Origin: Minisyncoccota bacterium
GTDB lineage: Bacteria > Patescibacteriota > Minisyncoccia > Phycocordibacterales > UBA5272
Assembly (NCBI GenBank): GCA_041651055.1
Contig: JBAZJW010000002.1
Span: 90,980 to 154,979 of the forward strand
Length of the DNA stretch: 64,000 bases
Direction: 5' to 3'
Positions 59,749-64,000 of the stretch are shown here, piece by piece. The notes beneath the pieces were generated by a model. It had not been told where the DNA came from. It did no database searches and was given only the letters and a program-made list of their open reading frames with translations. The translations under genes and the position numbers were made by a program. Every line of letters starts with the position of its first letter. Positions within the stretch are counted from its first letter, which is position 1.

Positions 59749-60683
59749 TGTCAAGACCAAAGATCATAACGATACGAAAATGGGGCACCGCAAACTGTAT
59801 GCGTGAGTTTGGGTTTGATGTGTATTCTGTTCCAGTTAATAATTTGAAGAGCGCGCGTTTGTTTATGATGGCAGTTAAGGAGATTCAACCTGATATATTC
59901 TTTTTCTCTAAAGATGAGAGTGTGTCGCCCAGTGTATTTAAGAGGGTGAGAACTTTGTCACCCAATACAGCTTGTGTGATGCTGTACTGGGATCAACGTG
60001 GGCGTGTTCCTGGGATAATCAAGGCCAGGAGAGGGTGCATAGACTCCATTATTATAAATAATGCTGATCCAAAACAATTTTTGATGTATAAAAAATTTGG
60101 AATAAAAAATGTGTATACGCTGTATGATTCTGCAAACAGTAAGATATTCAATCCTATTAATAAAAAGAGAACATATGATTTAATATTTGGTGGCTCGAAC
60201 TACAAAAATTTGTTTCCGCTGTCTAATATGAGATTGTGTTTATTGGGAGAATTGAAAAGGAAATTTAATATGATAGTCTATGGTAATGGTTGGCCATTTC
60301 AATCTATGCCTATAGTAAGAAAAAATAAATATTGTGAGGCTATTCAGAATGCAAAAATTAGTTTAGGTATAAATCATTATGATGTATATAAATATTATGA
60401 GGAAAGATTTATTGAGTGCATGGCAGCAGGAAGAATGCATTTAACATATTATATACCTGGAATGGAAAACGATTTTGGAAATAGAAAACATGTGGTGTGG
60501 TTCAAAAGTGTTCCTGAGTGTGTTGATCTTGTGCGTTATTATTTGAAATACCCAAATAAGAGGGAAGAAATAGGGAGGGATGGGAGGAAAAGGATTTTTG
60601 AGCTTTTTGATATCAAAAAGAACACACAGAGATTATCAAATATACTTAAGGATTCATATACAAGAAAGCAGGCGGCAACGTGA
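59748..60683 (+). CDS. CgeB-like glycosyltransferase-like protein
   Basis: GTG start; paralogous to the next ORF; pattern resembles CgeB/DUF3880 family. Confidence 0.35.
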   Translation: MSRPKIITIRKWGTANCMREFGFDVYSVPVNNLKSARLFMMAVKEIQPDIFFFSKDESVSPSVFKRVRTLSPNTACVMLYWDQRGRVPGIIKARRGCIDSIIINNADPKQFLMYKKFGIKNVYTLYDSANSKIFNPINKKRTYDLIFGGSNYKNLFPLSNMRLCLLGELKRKFNMIVYGNGWPFQSMPIVRKNKYCEAIQNAKISLGINHYDVYKYYEERFIECMAAGRMHLTYYIPGMENDFGNRKHVVWFKSVPECVDLVRYYLKYPNKREEIGRDGRKRIFELFDIKKNTQRLSNILKDSYTRKQAAT

Positions 60684-61732
60684 AAGTTGGTGTGATATTG
60701 GATGATTTTTCCTATTATAACTTCTCTCCTGAATTTCAGGCCATTAAAATAAGTAGTAAAAATTTTATGAATGACATTAAAAATATAGATATGTTGTTTG
60801 TTGAATCTGCCTGGGCCGGAAACAACAATCAATGGAGACTAGTTATAGGTCCTAACAATAGGTGGGTTGATGGTGCTATTAATTCTATCATAAATGTGTG
60901 TAAAAAAAGAGGAATTCCTACAGTTTTTTGGAATAAAGAAGATCCCGTACACTTTAAGAATTTTTTGTGGTTAGCAAAAAAGTTTGATTTTGTTTTCACT
61001 ACAGATGATGGTTCCATTAATAAATATAGAAGTGCTTTGAAACACAACAGAATCTATGCGCTTCCTTTTGCCGCCCAACCAATGTATCAATACCCTTCTG
61101 TGTTGTCTGGAAGGAACAAGAACCCGTGTTTTGCTGGTACATACTGGAATAAACAGCATTTGCATCGGAAAAAACAAATGGAGTGCGTTCTGAAACCATG
61201 CATTCCATATGGTTTGCATATTTATGATAGAAAGAAAGTTGGTGGTGCCGGTAATAGTTTTCCAGGCCCATATGATAAGTGTGTGGTGGGTGGAGTTCCG
61301 TTTTTGGAGTTAATGAATAAATATAGAAATTATAGGTTTTTTGTAAATGTTAACATAGTTACGAATTCAAATACGATGTTTTCTAGAAGAGTTTTTGAAA
61401 TAGCATCCTGTGGTACGCCTATTTTGAGTTATCCTTCTTTGGGAATGAAAAGGGTTTTCGGTGATTCCATTGTGTTTTCTGATTCAGAGGAAAAATCGCG
61501 TGAATATATAAGAAACATACTGTCTAATGATGCATATTGGGAGGAGTTGTCTATTAAAGGGATAAAGGTTGTATATGGTAAAAATACCTATTCGCACAGA
61601 TTTGATAGGATATGTAGGATTGTCGGTGTTCGTACTCCGGATGTTGTTACTAGAAGGATCGAGTTATACGATAGGGTTATGAAATGCAACTCTGTGTCTG
61701 AGGCATCATTGTTGATGCGTGAGATACTATGA
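60680..61732 (+). CDS. CgeB-like glycosyltransferase-like protein
   Basis: Paralog of the preceding ORF. Confidence 0.35.
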   Translation: MKVGVILDDFSYYNFSPEFQAIKISSKNFMNDIKNIDMLFVESAWAGNNNQWRLVIGPNNRWVDGAINSIINVCKKRGIPTVFWNKEDPVHFKNFLWLAKKFDFVFTTDDGSINKYRSALKHNRIYALPFAAQPMYQYPSVLSGRNKNPCFAGTYWNKQHLHRKKQMECVLKPCIPYGLHIYDRKKVGGAGNSFPGPYDKCVVGGVPFLELMNKYRNYRFFVNVNIVTNSNTMFSRRVFEIASCGTPILSYPSLGMKRVFGDSIVFSDSEEKSREYIRNILSNDAYWEELSIKGIKVVYGKNTYSHRFDRICRIVGVRTPDVVTRRIELYDRVMKCNSVSEASLLMREIL

Positions 61733-62418
61733 CAGATTCAAACATTTTATCCGCAATAAAGAAAAATACAATGCTAGGTAGCATTACGTTTAATAATATC
61801 ATAAAACAAGTAAAATACGTAATAAAGAATGGTGTGGAAGGGGACTATGTGGAGTGTGGTGTTTGGAAAGGTGGGGGTGCTGCTATTGCAGCAAAAACCT
61901 TTTTAGATAATAAATCTGTCAGATGCATGCACTTGTTTGATGTGTTCGATGATCCTCCTATGCCCACCGTACATGACGATGAAAAACTTGTGAAAAAACT
62001 TGGAGGAATAAGGACAGGTGAATGTAAATCTATAAAAGGATGTTATGCAAGAATGGGTAAATCCGGTCCAGGGACAGAAAATGGTGCAAGGAATTTAATA
62101 ATTAATAAAGTTGGGTATTGTGAAAAGAACGTGCAATTCTATAAAGGTTGGTTTCAGGACACTGTTCCTGCAGCAAAAGAGGGCATCAATAAAATTTCTG
62201 TGTTTGTGTTAGATTGTGGGTATTATGATGCTAGTGTTGTTTGTTTAGAAAATTTATATGAAAAGCTGGAAGGAAAAGGTATTATGATTGTTGATAATTA
62301 TTTTACGTATTCTGGGTGCAGGAAGGCAGTGGATGAATACTTAAATAAAATTGGCGAAAAACCAAACATGGTTCGAGTTAATAAAGACTGCGTGTGTTGG
62401 CACAGGCACAGGATATGA
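61729..62418 (+). CDS. TylF/MycF-family SAM-dependent O-methyltransferase
   Basis: YVECGVWKGGGAAIAAKTF; GWFQDTV; VFVLDCGYYDASVVCLENLYEKLEGKGIMIVDNY. Confidence 0.8.
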   Translation: MTDSNILSAIKKNTMLGSITFNNIIKQVKYVIKNGVEGDYVECGVWKGGGAAIAAKTFLDNKSVRCMHLFDVFDDPPMPTVHDDEKLVKKLGGIRTGECKSIKGCYARMGKSGPGTENGARNLIINKVGYCEKNVQFYKGWFQDTVPAAKEGINKISVFVLDCGYYDASVVCLENLYEKLEGKGIMIVDNYFTYSGCRKAVDEYLNKIGEKPNMVRVNKDCVCWHRHRI

Positions 62419-64000
62419 AAATATTACACATTGGGGGATCTCATTCCATACACTTATCAGATTTGGTGTATGAATTAGATAAGTTGGGTCACAAACAATG
62501 CGTATTTAGTTACAGGAAAAAGAGCACACTAAAAAATTCAATACCGGTTTATTATTATCCATATGATTCTTTCTATCCTGATGTAGTTGACGCAAACAAA
62601 TCAGCGTGTGTTAGGGGCATGCTGAAGAGAATTGTTGAAAAAGAACAGCCAGATTTAGTCCATGTGCATTTTATTATCGTTGGGTGTGTACCGTTGTTGC
62701 TTTTAGATTCTATAAAGAAACTGCCGGTAATTGTATCGCCGTGGAACCTTAGGTTTATGGGCAGCGTGGGAATATTAGGCAAAAGGATAAGACGTTCATT
62801 TGAAATATGCGACAGAGTGTTGTTTGGATCAGATGTAATATTTAGATGTTTTCAAAAAGACTATCAAATTCACGAAAATAGGTATTCGTTCTACAAACTT
62901 CCCCTTGATTTAGACTGGTACATGCATTCTGATGTAGACTGTTCATGTCCTAAAATACTCTCTGCCAGGGTTATGCAACCAACAAACCACCAAGATTTGC
63001 TATTATATGCAATTAAGAAGATGAGAGAGGGTGGTGGGGATGTGCACGCAACATTTATTGTTGGTCAAAGCCGAGAGCAAGGTATCAATTACTTCAATAA
63101 AATGAAGGCACTCTCACGCGGACTTAATATTGAAAAACTGTGTACTTTTATAGATCGCAGTTTATCTCAAGATGAGTTTAAAAAGCTTATTGCAAAACAC
63201 AATATTGTGTATTCTGTGTCTGAAGACTCTGGTTATTCACAAACAACAATACAATCATTGTGTGCCGGTGTGGTCACTTTAGTAAGAGAAAATGTACTAG
63301 AAAAAAATCTTGCTGATAACAACAAGAATTTACTTCCAGTTAAACTAGACGTAGCTGGGGTGTATAATGGGCTAAAAAAAGCAGTTGATGGTCTGCAGAA
63401 TCTGTGCATACCTGTCGGTGAACGAAACAAAGCATTGTTGTTGTATGATAAATCTGTAACTATGCCGACATTGAACTGGATTTATCTGAATATCAACAAA
63501 TGTAAAATTTGTGGTGATGTTGTGAGAATAGAAGAAATTTCTGGGCATGATTTGTGTATATGTAATGCGTGTGGTGTTAGGTATCATCGTAGTACCCCCT
63601 CTGGTAGATTTTTGGATAATTACTACAAAGGTCTTTCGAAGAGATTTGGTAGTATTCAGAAGGCCATAAACAGAAACCACAATCAGAACAAAAAATCTTT
63701 TGAGGTGTATGTACGCGAGGTTAAAGAGAACGTGCCTGTTGGATCAAGAATTTTAGACGTAGGATGTTATGATGGACTATTAGTAAAGATGTTGGTTGAT
63801 GCCGGTTATTTGGCAGAAGGAATAGAGATAAATAGTGAATTGGTGAGGTGCAGCAAAAAATATGGAGTCAATGTAACGAATTGCGACATAAGCAATTTTA
63901 ATAATAAATTCCAATACGATACGGTTATATCTCATGCAGTTTTGGAACACCAGCCAGATCCATTCATATTTATTGATAAAATAAAAAGTGTGCTGTCCGA
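62415..64000 (+). CDS. GT1/GT4 glycosyltransferase fused to class I SAM methyltransferase (3' partial, runs off window)
   Basis: ATGA overlap with upstream stop; N-terminus MKILHIGGSHSIHLSDLVYELDKLGH; C-terminal ILDVGCYDGLLVKMLVDAGYLAEGIEIN; not in the ORF track because no stop within the window. Confidence 0.55.
   Translation, partial: MKILHIGGSHSIHLSDLVYELDKLGHKQCVFSYRKKSTLKNSIPVYYYPYDSFYPDVVDANKSACVRGMLKRIVEKEQPDLVHVHFIIVGCVPLLLLDSIKKLPVIVSPWNLRFMGSVGILGKRIRRSFEICDRVLFGSDVIFRCFQKDYQIHENRYSFYKLPLDLDWYMHSDVDCSCPKILSARVMQPTNHQDLLLYAIKKMREGGGDVHATFIVGQSREQGINYFNKMKALSRGLNIEKLCTFIDRSLSQDEFKKLIAKHNIVYSVSEDSGYSQTTIQSLCAGVVTLVRENVLEKNLADNNKNLLPVKLDVAGVYNGLKKAVDGLQNLCIPVGERNKALLLYDKSVTMPTLNWIYLNINKCKICGDVVRIEEISGHDLCICNACGVRYHRSTPSGRFLDNYYKGLSKRFGSIQKAINRNHNQNKKSFEVYVREVKENVPVGSRILDVGCYDGLLVKMLVDAGYLAEGIEINSELVRCSKKYGVNVTNCDISNFNNKFQYDTVISHAVLEHQPDPFIFIDKIKSVLS

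Overview
This 64 kb window looks like part of a large contractile-tailed bacteriophage or prophage. It is gene-dense and moderately AT-rich. It has sigma70-type promoters, strong Shine-Dalgarno sites, a tRNA, an HNH homing endonuclease, a tail-chaperone frameshift and a tape measure gene. There are three blocks. (1) 1-40431: rightward late and structural genes. These include beta-helix tailspike-like proteins with N-terminal signal-like peptides, a ConA-like protein, a putative sheath and tube, a chaperone with a -1 frameshift at A_AAA_AAG, a tape measure protein, a gpV-like spike, baseplate proteins, and a 1017-aa fiber with a long Gly/Tyr repeat array. Interleaved accessory enzymes are a GNAT, a HAD-like hydrolase, dCMP deaminase, a macro domain protein, a calcineurin-like phosphoesterase, a truncated UDP-sugar-dehydrogenase-like protein, an antisense DHH-DHHA1 phosphoesterase, and an antisense 3-gene cassette with a deaminase-like protein. 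(2) 40443-54618: a leftward early region driven by at least 6 copies of a near-identical promoter cassette (TTGACA-N17-TATAAT plus AGGAGGT). It contains a MoxR AAA+ ATPase interrupted by an Ala1 (class 3-like) LAGLIDADG intein, its VWA partner, small Zn-ribbon, coiled-coil and Cys-rich proteins, tRNA-Lys(UUU), an HNH endonuclease next to a tRNA 3' fragment, an inserted IS200/605-family tnpB element, a 783-aa MmeI-like N6-adenine methyltransferase, a DnaJ-domain protein and an HExxH metallopeptidase-like protein. (3) 55090-64000: a rightward glycan-modification cluster (GT9-like, GT1/4-like, GT2-like, CgeB-like glycosyltransferases, a TylF-type O-methyltransferase, a glycosyltransferase-methyltransferase fusion) with a RuvC-like resolvase embedded. 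Most product calls rest on motif recognition in the translations and are stated with matching confidence.
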